Source: Nitriliruptoraceae bacterium (lineage in GTDB: Bacteria; Actinomycetota; Nitriliruptoria; Nitriliruptorales; Nitriliruptoraceae). Taken from it: a stretch of 64,000 nucleotides of DNA. The stretch lies in NCBI GenBank assembly GCA_050480705.1, contig JBJHAX010000008.1, forward strand, positions 8-64,007. Reading direction: 5' to 3'. This document shows positions 55,577-64,000 of this stretch, piece by piece (the first letter of the stretch is position 1; the number at the start of each line of letters is the position of its first letter). The notes under the pieces were generated by a model. That model did no database searches, was not told the origin of the DNA, and was given only the letters and a program-made list of their open reading frames with translations. Both the position numbers and the translations under genes were made by a program.

Positions 55577-56398
55577 TCATGTACGTGCAGCGTGTGAGGC
55601 GGTCTCGGTCGCGACCTCCGCGCGCGCTTCTCGTTCGCCGGCGGCGATGAACCCGATCGCCCACACGATGGCGAGCACCGCCCACAGGGTCGACAACTGG
55701 GATGCCGCGTCGATGCCGAGCGATGCGACACCGAGTGCAGCGACCATCAGTGCCGACACCCACACGACGAAACGCCAGCCCGAGACCTTCCAAGCCGCGA
55801 CCGCAGCCAGCACGGGCGCGAGCAACGCGTACACGGCCATGATCACCCAGTGGCCGAATGCGTAGTGCTCGTCGTGCGGACCCGAGGCAGCGTGGATGTT
55901 GAGCTGCCCGGCCGCGTACACCACGAGCGGTACGGCTGCGACGGCGACCAGGACGAACAGCAGGGCGCTTGGGCGTGCAACCGAGCTGAACTTCGCACGC
56001 AACGAAGAAGGGTGAACGACGAACGCCAAGGCTGCGATGACGATCGCCGCCGCGACCACGCCGACGACGTCGGCCGGCAGGTCGACCATCGCCAGCACCA
56101 TGGTGAACGCCAGTACCGACGCGACGCCGTACACCCACGCGGCTCCGACCTGCCGGGCAGGACGACGCAACTGGACGAGAACGGCGGCGACGAGCACCCA
56201 GGCGAACACTCCCTGCGCGAACATATGGATCTCGTGTGTGGCGCCCGCACCTTCCGGGTAGCCACCGAACGCGGTGACGACGAACCCGAGTTGCTCGGGT
56301 CGCTCGCCAAGATGCAGGACCAGCAGGATGAGCAACAGCAGCCAGAAGACGACGAGGCGCCACCGTGGGGTCCGGGTCGTGGTTGTCTCGGTCATCAT
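55577..56398 (-). CDS. Hypothetical multi-pass membrane protein (273 aa)
   Basis: About 8 hydrophobic segments are present. No family recognised. Confidence 0.55.
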   Translation of the reverse strand: MMTETTTTRTPRWRLVVFWLLLLILLVLHLGERPEQLGFVVTAFGGYPEGAGATHEIHMFAQGVFAWVLVAAVLVQLRRPARQVGAAWVYGVASVLAFTMVLAMVDLPADVVGVVAAAIVIAALAFVVHPSSLRAKFSSVARPSALLFVLVAVAAVPLVVYAAGQLNIHAASGPHDEHYAFGHWVIMAVYALLAPVLAAVAAWKVSGWRFVVWVSALMVAALGVASLGIDAASQLSTLWAVLAIVWAIGFIAAGEREARAEVATETASHAART

Positions 56399-56469
56399 TT
56401 CTCCTTGTCGGTTCGATTGGTGCGGTCAGGTGGTGCGTCAGCGCCGTGGCGCAGGCGCACCGTCGAAGG

Positions 56470-58038
56470 TCACAACGACGGCATCCCAGGATGGTCGGGG
56501 CGAAGCGACGTGGCGGATTCGATGGCGTGCATCGCGGCCAGGACCAGATCTTCGCGCCAGTGGCGCGCAGCGACCTGCACGCCGACCGGAAGCCCCGCGC
56601 TGCCCTGCTCGGCCGTGATGGCGGCGCGTATCGCAGCGTCACGGCTCGATGGCCGGTCGGACTCCTCGGACGGCTCGACGCGCGTCACCGGCACCACACC
56701 GGTGGGAAGACCGATGTTGGTGAACATCACCGACGGTGCGTGCACATCGGGCAGCTTCGTCGACAGGCCGTGGGGCACGGCCGGCAGAGGCGTGGCGGGT
56801 GCGAGGATGAGATCGAACTGGCCGTCGTCGAGGGCGGAGACGAACCGCGCGACGTAACTCATCCGATCGCCGAGGACGTCCATCAACTCCCGGGCCGATG
56901 ATGTGCGCATGCGGCGAACCGCCCGTGCGGCGCGGTGCTGCCCACTCGCTGCCAGGAGGGCGCCGAGCAGTCGCACCGCTGCGTTCGGCCATGTCGCAGC
57001 CTGCACGTCCGCCTTGATCAACGCATGCGGTTTCTCGCCCGCGAGGAGCTGGGACATCCACGCGCCACCGTCGGCCGTGAACGCCCGAAACGCCAGCGTG
57101 ATCGCTTCGGCGGGGTCGGGAGCCGAGGTCCATGGCTCGACGTGCGCGCCCGCGCTGCGCAGCGCATCCGCGGCGATGCCAAGTGAACGGCGGATCGCTG
57201 GGGATGGTGTGAACCCGTCGATCTCGGTCAACAGTGCGACCCGGCGTCCTTCGACTCCGGCCGTGTGCGGCTCGCGCCACGCCACGGGTGGGTTGAGTTC
57301 CGTGGGCCGCTCGACGACCGCTTCCACCATGACCCGCAGCGCAAGCGCGACGTCGTCGGTGGAGCGTGCGAACGGCCCCGCCTGGGCGAACTCGAATCCT
57401 GCCCCGGTCCGCGTCGGTGGTCGGTCGATCGGCAGGCGCCGCACGGTCGGTACCAGCGTGTAGACGCCGCACCACGCGGCAGGGATGCGCAGGCTTCCCC
57501 CCAGGTCGGCTCCGAGACTGAGCGGAACCCCGCCCGCCGCGACGACGGCAGCGTCCGCGCCGCTGCTGCCGCCCGGTGTGCGCGACAGATCCCAGGGGTT
57601 GTTGGTACGCCCGAATAGGTCGTTGTCGGTCTCGATGGCGCCGAGCCCCGGCGGCACGTTGGTCTTGGCGAGCACGATCGCTCCGGCGGCACGCAGCGCG
57701 GCGACCATCCGTCCGTCCGTGCGCGCAGCCTGATCGGCGAGCCGACTGACGCCGAACGTCGTGGGCAGCCCTGCGACGTCGAACTGATCCTTGATCGTGA
57801 CCGGCACTCCGTGGAGCCGCCCGATCCTTTCTCCACGCCGGAGCGCGGCGTCTGCCTCGCCTGCTTCCCGTCGTGCATCGTCGTAGCGGCGTGCGACGAT
57901 CGCATTGAGCGGACCGTCGATCTCTTCGATGCGGTCGATGTGGGCGTCCACGGCGCCGCTGGCCGATACGTCGCCAGCCGCAATGCTCGCGACGAGTTCG
58001 GATGCTGTCAGGCGGGTCAGCGACACCGTGGTCTGCAT
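56470..58038 (-). CDS. Amidase (amidase signature family)
   Basis: Starts at ATG 58038. Contains LHGVPVTIKDQ (catalytic Lys), the AS signature GGSSGADAAVVAAG, and SLGADLGGSLRIPAA (Ser-cisSer). Confidence 0.88.
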   Translation of the reverse strand: MQTTVSLTRLTASELVASIAAGDVSASGAVDAHIDRIEEIDGPLNAIVARRYDDARREAGEADAALRRGERIGRLHGVPVTIKDQFDVAGLPTTFGVSRLADQAARTDGRMVAALRAAGAIVLAKTNVPPGLGAIETDNDLFGRTNNPWDLSRTPGGSSGADAAVVAAGGVPLSLGADLGGSLRIPAAWCGVYTLVPTVRRLPIDRPPTRTGAGFEFAQAGPFARSTDDVALALRVMVEAVVERPTELNPPVAWREPHTAGVEGRRVALLTEIDGFTPSPAIRRSLGIAADALRSAGAHVEPWTSAPDPAEAITLAFRAFTADGGAWMSQLLAGEKPHALIKADVQAATWPNAAVRLLGALLAASGQHRAARAVRRMRTSSARELMDVLGDRMSYVARFVSALDDGQFDLILAPATPLPAVPHGLSTKLPDVHAPSVMFTNIGLPTGVVPVTRVEPSEESDRPSSRDAAIRAAITAEQGSAGLPVGVQVAARHWREDLVLAAMHAIESATSLRPDHPGMPSL

Positions 58039-58207
58039 CGACGTCCTTTTGACGGGTCTGGCTTCTCCGGTTCGCATGGGCGTGCGTACCGTTCGAGCCC
58101 ATGTCTACGGATTCACCGTCAAGGCGGCGTCACCCAAAGGTCGTAAAGACGTGCACACCGGGTCGTAGTTGCTTGCGGCCGGCTCGTGCTGGACGTGGCA
58201 GCGGCGG

Positions 58208-60877
58208 TCACAGCAGCCGTAGTTCGCGTGCGCGAGCCACCGCGTGGGTGCGGGAGGAGGCGTCGAGTTTGCGCAGAATGCGAGTCAGATGGGTCTTGAC
58301 GGTCGCTTCGCTGATGTGCAGATCCTCGGCGATCTGGCGATTCGATGCCCCTGTCGAGACCATGTCGAGCACTTCCGCTTCACGTGCCGAGATTGCCTCG
58401 TCAGTTCCGGGGATCGTCAACGGCCGGCCTCGGGCACGTGTCTGACCGCTCGCCGAGAGGACAACGCGCAGTACGTCGCTGTGCACGCCGGCGCGCACGC
58501 AGCGTTCGAGGACCGAGCGATGCGAACGTGACTCGGGCAGCAAGACGCCAGGGCCGATGCGGGATGCCGCATCGAGCGTTGGCATGGCCGCTTCGATCGC
58601 GGCCGCGGCACGTCCCTGCTCGAGAAGGATGTCGGCGCGTTCCAGGCCCGGCAGCCCCGCCCACAACCAGCAGCGCCCTGCATGCTGGATCTGCTCGGCC
58701 TCGGTGAGGATGTCGAGCGCATCAGCAACGCGTCCGGTGGCCCGCGCGACCATCGCCTCGGCCATCATCTGTGCGACACGCCCCTCGGCGTGGGGAGCCG
58801 CCGGCCGGCCGGGGAGCAGCTCGTCATGGGTAGCGACCACCTGGTCGTGGTCACCTGCGAGCCAGTGGGAGCGCATCGCCGCGTAGGCGTAGACGTGGCG
58901 GAACTGCCGGTACACGGGCCCGTCGATGCGTGGCAGGGCGTCGCCGATGATCCGTGCGACGCTTGCATGGTCCCCGATGCCTCGTGAGAGCGCCATGAGG
59001 AGCAGCTCGGCCTCCTGGTGCTTCCACGCCATACGGCCGTAACCGTTCGATTCTGCAAGGCATGCCCGCAGTTCACGCGAGGCGTGCTCGACGTCGAGTT
59101 TGAGAAGCGGGGTGGTTGCGCGGGCCGGCCGCATACCGGTGAAGGTCGCCTGGTCGTCAGCGTCGAGCACGGCCGCGATCCGGGCTGTCGCATCGGCGAG
59201 CCACTCGTACCCCTGATCGACGAAGGCCATGACCGGCGACAGTGCCGGGCCGACGAGTCGGCCCATGCTCGCGTCGCCCGAACGCACCGTGAGATCAACG
59301 GCCTGCCCGATGCAATGTGACAGCCCGGGCCAATCATTGCGGTAGAAGTGCCACCAGGTCGCCGCGGCGAGCACGGTGGGCCGCCACGCGTCGCTGACGT
59401 GCGCCAACGCGTGTTCCACGGCCTGGCCGACACGGTCCTGGTCGCCGAGCTGCAGGAAGGCCTCGGCAAGCATCGTGTTCACTTCCGCGGCCTGCGGATC
59501 CCGGCCGGTCGCGATCAGTTCATCGCGCAGTGGTTCGAGCGCGCGGACGATCGCATGCGCCTCTCCCTTCACGTGTTCGGGCCACACCATCAGCATCATC
59601 AGGCGATGGTTGGTCGCGAGCACCTCCGGGGGCAGTGCACGCACGGCAGGTCCGAGTGCGATGATCGTGTTCGTTTCGAGCCCTGACGTTCCGATCTCGA
59701 GGATGATCTGCGCCGCGCGCGTGTGCTCGTTCGCAGCGGCGAGGTGGGGAAGCGCACGCATCGGGGCAAGCGCGCCAGCGGCGCGCCGGTGAAGCTCGGT
59801 GATCTGCTCGGGCGTGTACGAGGCCCGCAACTGTTCACGCAGAAAGGTGCTGAACAGATCGTGGACGCGCCAGGTGTCGACGCCGATCGAACGATGCCGG
59901 GTGACGAACAGGTTGCGTCGGTCGAGGTCTGTCAGCACGGATTCACTGTCGCTGCGACCGGTGACCGCATCACACACCTCGACGGAGAGCTCGTCCAGGA
60001 TGGAGGTTTCGAGAAGAAACGTGCGTAGCTGCTCGGGCAGTTCGTCGATGATCTCTGCGGCGAGGAACGAGTGCAGATCGTCCTGCAGGCGGGGCAGTGT
60101 CCCGCCTGGGGACGCCGGTCCCTGCCGCTGACCAGCCGACACCCGGGTGGTCGCGAGCCGCACCGCGGCCGGCCAGCCGCCGCTGGCCCGCGCGACGGCG
60201 TCGATGTCCTCGTCGGTCGCCGTTGCTTCGTGGCCCAGCACACGTGCGATCGCGTCGTTGTCGAGGAGCAGGTCTTCGAGGCCGAACTCCGTGGTTTCGC
60301 CGCGAACACGCCGGCGCGGCAGGGCGAGTTGCGGCTCGGTTCGGCTGCCGAGGACGATGCGGACGTGGGGTGGAAGGTGCTCGAGTACTTCGTCGAGCAG
60401 CTGCCACGTGTCCTCGCCGGTGAGCTCGTGCGTGTCGTCGAGGACGAGGGCGACCGGGTCGCACTCGCCGAGGTCGTTGACGAGCGCGACGGCATACTGG
60501 CGTGCCGTCGCTGCCGGTCCGGTGTAGGTGAGCAGGTGGCCGAGCCGCGCACCGAATCCGGCGTCGATCTGGCGGCGCCCACCTTCGAGCAGTGCGACGG
60601 CCAGGCCTGATGGTTCATCGTCGTCGGGGCCGAGCCGAACCCAGACGACATCCGTCGCCGCCGTCGCGGCCCACGCGGCCAGTGCTGTGGTCTTGCCTGA
60701 GCCCGCGGGCGCGGTGAGCATCGTCAGTGGCCGGGCAGTGATCGCCTCAGCCAGGCGGGCGACGACATGGTCGGTGGCGACACGGTCGTCGAGTGCCGGT
60801 GGGACGAATTTCGTGTACGCAAAGCGTTCCACGGCCGCATGATGCGCCCGCGATGTGGTCGTTGGTGTCCCGTTCAC
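58208..60877 (-). CDS. Large ATP-binding LuxR family regulator (MalT/STAND-like NTPase + helical repeats + LuxR HTH)
   Basis: The N-terminal P-loop is LTAPAGSGKTT and Walker B-like is LVLDDTHEL. A long helical middle region follows. The C-terminal HTH is ISAREAEVLDMVSTGASNRQIAEDLHISEATVKTHLTRILRKL. Confidence 0.88.
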   Translation of the reverse strand: MNGTPTTTSRAHHAAVERFAYTKFVPPALDDRVATDHVVARLAEAITARPLTMLTAPAGSGKTTALAAWAATAATDVVWVRLGPDDDEPSGLAVALLEGGRRQIDAGFGARLGHLLTYTGPAATARQYAVALVNDLGECDPVALVLDDTHELTGEDTWQLLDEVLEHLPPHVRIVLGSRTEPQLALPRRRVRGETTEFGLEDLLLDNDAIARVLGHEATATDEDIDAVARASGGWPAAVRLATTRVSAGQRQGPASPGGTLPRLQDDLHSFLAAEIIDELPEQLRTFLLETSILDELSVEVCDAVTGRSDSESVLTDLDRRNLFVTRHRSIGVDTWRVHDLFSTFLREQLRASYTPEQITELHRRAAGALAPMRALPHLAAANEHTRAAQIILEIGTSGLETNTIIALGPAVRALPPEVLATNHRLMMLMVWPEHVKGEAHAIVRALEPLRDELIATGRDPQAAEVNTMLAEAFLQLGDQDRVGQAVEHALAHVSDAWRPTVLAAATWWHFYRNDWPGLSHCIGQAVDLTVRSGDASMGRLVGPALSPVMAFVDQGYEWLADATARIAAVLDADDQATFTGMRPARATTPLLKLDVEHASRELRACLAESNGYGRMAWKHQEAELLLMALSRGIGDHASVARIIGDALPRIDGPVYRQFRHVYAYAAMRSHWLAGDHDQVVATHDELLPGRPAAPHAEGRVAQMMAEAMVARATGRVADALDILTEAEQIQHAGRCWLWAGLPGLERADILLEQGRAAAAIEAAMPTLDAASRIGPGVLLPESRSHRSVLERCVRAGVHSDVLRVVLSASGQTRARGRPLTIPGTDEAISAREAEVLDMVSTGASNRQIAEDLHISEATVKTHLTRILRKLDASSRTHAVARARELRLL

Positions 60878-60967
60878 CGGTCAAGTATGCAAGATCGAAC
60901 GGCGTGTGGCCCGGTTCCACGACTCGGGAACCGGGCCACACGGTTGAACTGTCGGACGGACGACGAA

Positions 60968-61276
60968 TCAGAACTCGTTGGCGAGCTCGGGGCAGTTGCG
61001 CTCCATCGCTTCGATCATCTCGTCGTCCGAGATGCCGGCGTCGTTGGCGCGCTGCTCGAGTTCGGCGATCCGCATGAACGCGTCGTCGAGCTCGTCCATG
61101 GCGTCCATGTCGCCGTCCATGACCTGCTCATCGAGGCCCTGAAGCTCCGCGATGAGGTCACAGGCGTCCTGGGCGATCGCGTCGGCTTCGCTGGCGGGGC
61201 CGCCGCCGCAGCCGGCGAGGGCCAAGGCTGCGGCGAACATTGCGGCAGTCAGAGTGCGGGTCAGCTTCGAGGTCAC
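60968..61276 (-). CDS. Small acidic lipoprotein (102 aa), hypothetical
   Basis: The signal peptide has the lipobox ALAGC. The mature part is helical and acidic with two Cys (QDACDLI ... ERNCPEL). It lies 90 nt upstream of the LuxR gene on the same strand. Confidence 0.5.
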   Translation of the reverse strand: MTSKLTRTLTAAMFAAALALAGCGGGPASEADAIAQDACDLIAELQGLDEQVMDGDMDAMDELDDAFMRIAELEQRANDAGISDDEMIEAMERNCPELANEF

Positions 61277-61459
61277 GCTGGTCCTTCGGTCGTGTGCGTC
61301 GGATGACTCAACGATCGGTGCGCGCGAGGTGCGAATGCACGGATCGAGCTCGCGACGCTACCGTCCGTGCCTGAGCGTGCACGATCGTGCCCCCGCTGTA
61401 TGGCCAGGTGAACCCTGCGTGCGCCCGCACCTTGTCCTGGGCGGGGGAGAGGCGGCGAT

Positions 61460-61951
61460 GTGGTGGTCCAGACCGTTCACGCCTGGAGTGTCCTGGTCGC
61501 CCTGCACTCCGCAGCGGCAGGACTCGCCATGGTGCTCGGCCCGGCGAACCTGATCCGTCGCCCTCGAGGCGATCGTCCGCACCGGATCATCGGCCGGATC
61601 TGGGTGGGGTTGATGTATCTGACGGCGCTGTCGTCGTTTTTCATCCAGACGATCCGCCCGGGCTCGTTCAGCTGGATTCACGTGCTGAGCGCGCTGACGA
61701 TCGCAACGTTGACGATGGGGTTGTGGCACGCGCGCCGCGGTGAGCGTGTTTCGCACGCCGCACACATGATCGGGACCTACATCGGCCTGTGGGGTGCGTT
61801 CATCGGGGTCGTCGCCTTCCCGGACCGCCTCATCCCTCAGGCGTTCCAGGCCAGCTGGCCGGCCGCGACTGCTGTCACCACCGCCTTGGTGCTTGCTGGG
61901 CTCGTCGTCATTCGCCTCATCGTGCGGTCCCGCCTGGTCGTCCGTCCCTGA
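61460..61951 (+). CDS. DUF2306-like membrane protein
   Basis: GTG 61460 lies 8 nt after GGGGGAGAGG. The four TM segments carry conserved-looking His contexts (LHSAAAG, PHRIIGRIWV, HAAHMIGTY), as in DUF2306. Confidence 0.5.
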   Translation: MVVQTVHAWSVLVALHSAAAGLAMVLGPANLIRRPRGDRPHRIIGRIWVGLMYLTALSSFFIQTIRPGSFSWIHVLSALTIATLTMGLWHARRGERVSHAAHMIGTYIGLWGAFIGVVAFPDRLIPQAFQASWPAATAVTTALVLAGLVVIRLIVRSRLVVRP

Positions 61952-62150
61952 CGCTGCGGGTCCTCGCGAGCGGTGCCGACTGGCGCCTACGTCGTCCGGG
62001 GCCAATCGGGGGCATCAACGGGGACCTTGTCCTCTCGCTGGGTGTGACCTGCCCGGGCACGCTCGTGACACTCAGTTGCGGTGCCCCGATGCATCGCGGC
62101 GAGCAGTCGGCCCTGGGGGGTCGGCACGTTTCCGTCGAAAGGTCTGCGAC

Positions 62151-62894
62151 ATGGGAATGCTGGATGGCAAGGTCGCCATCGTGACCGGTGGTGCACGCGG
62201 CATGGGCGAAGGGGAAGTCCGTCGTCTGGTCGACGAAGGCGCCAAGGTCGTCATCGCCGACATTCTTGACGATGAAGGGCAGGCCCTCGCCGACGAGCTC
62301 GGCGACGCGGCCGTGTTCGTGCACCTCGACGTCACCAGTGCGGCGTCATGGGCGTCCGCGATCGACGCGACCCACGAGGCGTTCGGACCGGTCGATGTGC
62401 TGGTGAACAACGCCGGCATCCTCGGCCAGGCGCCGGTCGACGTCATGCCCGAAGACGAGCTGCGGCGGATCTACGACGTCAACCTGGTTGGCCCCTTCCT
62501 GGGGATCCAGGCGGTCGTTGCCGACATGCGAGCCAAGGGCAAGGGATCCATCATCAACATCGCGTCGGCTGCCGGCGTCGTTCCGATGCAGGGACTCAGC
62601 GCCTACTCATCGAGCAAGTGGGGACTTCGCGGTCTGACGAAATGCGCCGCGATGGACCTCGGGCGTGACGGCATCCGGGTCAACGCGATCAACCCGGGTG
62701 GGGTGCGCACACCGATGGCCGCAGGTGCTGAGGACGCGATGTTCGCCGCGTTCGCGATCCCGCGGATCGGAGAACCGTTCGAGATCGGTGCCGCGGTCGC
62801 CTTCCTTGCCAGCGACGAGTCGTCCTTCGTCACCGGTGCGGACCTGACCGTCGACGGCGGCATGGTGCTCGGCGCGATGGCGCCTGCCCAGTAG
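62151..62894 (+). CDS. SDR family oxidoreductase (3-alpha/20-beta-hydroxysteroid dehydrogenase-like)
   Basis: Starts at ATG 62151. Contains TGGARGMG, NNAGI, SAYSSSKWG (YxxxK) and PGGVRTPM. Confidence 0.9.
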   Translation: MGMLDGKVAIVTGGARGMGEGEVRRLVDEGAKVVIADILDDEGQALADELGDAAVFVHLDVTSAASWASAIDATHEAFGPVDVLVNNAGILGQAPVDVMPEDELRRIYDVNLVGPFLGIQAVVADMRAKGKGSIINIASAAGVVPMQGLSAYSSSKWGLRGLTKCAAMDLGRDGIRVNAINPGGVRTPMAAGAEDAMFAAFAIPRIGEPFEIGAAVAFLASDESSFVTGADLTVDGGMVLGAMAPAQ

Positions 62895-62916
62895 CAGGCG
62901 ATGCGGTCGCAAGCGA

Positions 62917-63480
62917 TCAGCTCTCCCGGTGGGTGAGCAGCAGGTCCACGGCGTCGTCGACGAGGCGACGCCAACGCTGCCCGCCGGGATCGTTGCTCGC
63001 CTGCTGGGTGGCCAGCCCGGTCACCATCGCAGTCCACAGGTCGATCACCCGTTCGTCGGTGAGTCCTGCCTCGGCGCACCACGTGCGTAGCCGCTCGAGC
63101 ATCTGCTCGGCGAGCGTGTAGGACGCTGGGGACGGCTCGAAGTCGGGGATGACCCGGAGAAACAACAGCTGCAGGCGAGCCGGGTCAGCGACACCGAAGT
63201 CGACGAATGTGCGCGCAACCCATCGCAGTCGCTGCTGGGGATCGCCGTCGGGGATCTGTTCCTCGAGTTCGAGCAGTTGCTCGTAGCCCTGCGCGAACAT
63301 CGCGTCGTAGATCGCGTCCTTGCCGTCGAAGTAGCCGTACAGCGACGGGGCCTGCATCCCCACCGCGTTTGCGAGTTCGCGCAACGACCAGCCCGTGAGT
63401 CCCTTGTCGCGCGCCAGTGTCCACGCGGCAGCGAGAATCTCCTGGCGGGTCTGTTCGTGGCGTCGCGTCCGGCGATCCAT
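62917..63480 (-). CDS. TetR/AcrR family transcriptional regulator
   Basis: Starts at ATG 63480. The HTH is ILAAAWTLARDKGLTGWSLRELANAVGMQAPSLYGYF. Confidence 0.88.
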   Translation of the reverse strand: MDRRTRRHEQTRQEILAAAWTLARDKGLTGWSLRELANAVGMQAPSLYGYFDGKDAIYDAMFAQGYEQLLELEEQIPDGDPQQRLRWVARTFVDFGVADPARLQLLFLRVIPDFEPSPASYTLAEQMLERLRTWCAEAGLTDERVIDLWTAMVTGLATQQASNDPGGQRWRRLVDDAVDLLLTHRES

Positions 63481-63601
63481 GGGTGCCTTTGGGACGGTGA
63501 CGCCACACGTTACCAAAATGGCATTCGGAAATCCGTTGCATATTCGGCGCACGGCCGGTAGGGTGAATGCCGTTCGGAAATGCGTACAGTGATCGGCATA
63601 C

Positions 63602-64000
63602 GTGGTGGGTGGGGTGGCCTTGGGTGCGCCGGCCAGTGGCGTCGACGCCGGTCGCGTCGTTCCACCAGAACCAATCGCTGGCGCAGCCTGGTCGGTCGTG
63701 GTGTTCTCCGACGTCGCCTGTCCGTGGGCGACCGTGGTGGTCGTGCGGCTTCACGAGGCTCGCGCTGCGCTCGGTCTCGACGACGACGTGGCGATCGTGC
63801 ATCTCGCGCATCCCCTCGAAGTGCTCAACGACCGCCCCTTGTCGCGTCGCGTCATCGACGCGGAGATCCCGCTGTGCGCGAGCCTGACCCCGCAGTTCGG
63901 GTGGTCGCTGTGGCAGAGCCGACTCGACGAGTACCCGGTGACGTCGCTGCTGGCCGCCCAGGCTGTCCAGGCGGCCCGACGTCAGTCCGAGCGTGCGGCC
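63602..64000 (+). CDS. DsbA-like thioredoxin-fold protein (DSBA/2-hydroxychromene-2-carboxylate isomerase-like), 3' end outside window
   Basis: The frame is open from the stop at 63590-63592 to the window end, so it is absent from the ORF track. The translation is ...AWSVVVFSDVACPWATVVVVRLHEARAALGLDDDVAIVHLAHPLE.... The start is uncertain (GTG 63602/63605/63614). The gene is divergent from the TetR gene. Confidence 0.45.
   Translation, partial: MVGGVALGAPASGVDAGRVVPPEPIAGAAWSVVVFSDVACPWATVVVVRLHEARAALGLDDDVAIVHLAHPLEVLNDRPLSRRVIDAEIPLCASLTPQFGWSLWQSRLDEYPVTSLLAAQAVQAARRQSERAA

Overview
The window is a very GC-rich, gene-dense chromosomal segment. Nearly all codon third positions are G/C, and long 'shadow' ORFs run antisense to real genes. 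It looks actinobacterial, possibly Acidimicrobiia-like, based on DUF4193, a ClpS-DUF2017 pair, a PAC2 protein, HisN-type histidinol phosphatase, actinobacterial-type SerC and a tRNA-Glu with a G1-U72 pair. I call about 64 protein-coding genes, one tRNA-Glu(TTC) and one cobalamin riboswitch. I see no rRNA, CRISPR array, transposase, integrase or prophage. Most genes are housekeeping or ordinary accessory metabolism: Lnt, MurJ, AhcY, SerC, an aminotransferase, RNase HI, GlpK, ClpS/Aat and ArfB. The largest coherent unit is a minus-strand nine-gene operon (25826-35112). It is preceded by a promoter, a B12 riboswitch and an RBS-sequestering hairpin, and it combines a BtuFCD-like importer with cobinamide salvage and nucleotide-loop assembly (cbiB, cobQ, cobO, cobS, a fused cobU-cobD ORF, cobT). 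I found no clear-cut new multi-gene system. The best lead is a 364-aa protein (50155-51249) that I recognise from memory as a bacterial eRF1/Pelota-like 'baeRF' family member, an experimentally uncharacterised family. A small membrane protein follows it, and it is divergent from an unknown 99-aa ORF behind an AT-rich palindrome. Lesser leads are a tightly coupled nuclease/SRPBCC/coiled-coil/DUF2384-like four-gene unit, a near-perfect 19-nt direct repeat beside a GlxA-type regulator that sits upstream of arfB, a hybrid histidine kinase whose stop overlaps the glpK start, and several conserved-looking proteins of unknown function. All family assignments come from motif recognition by eye; no searches were run.
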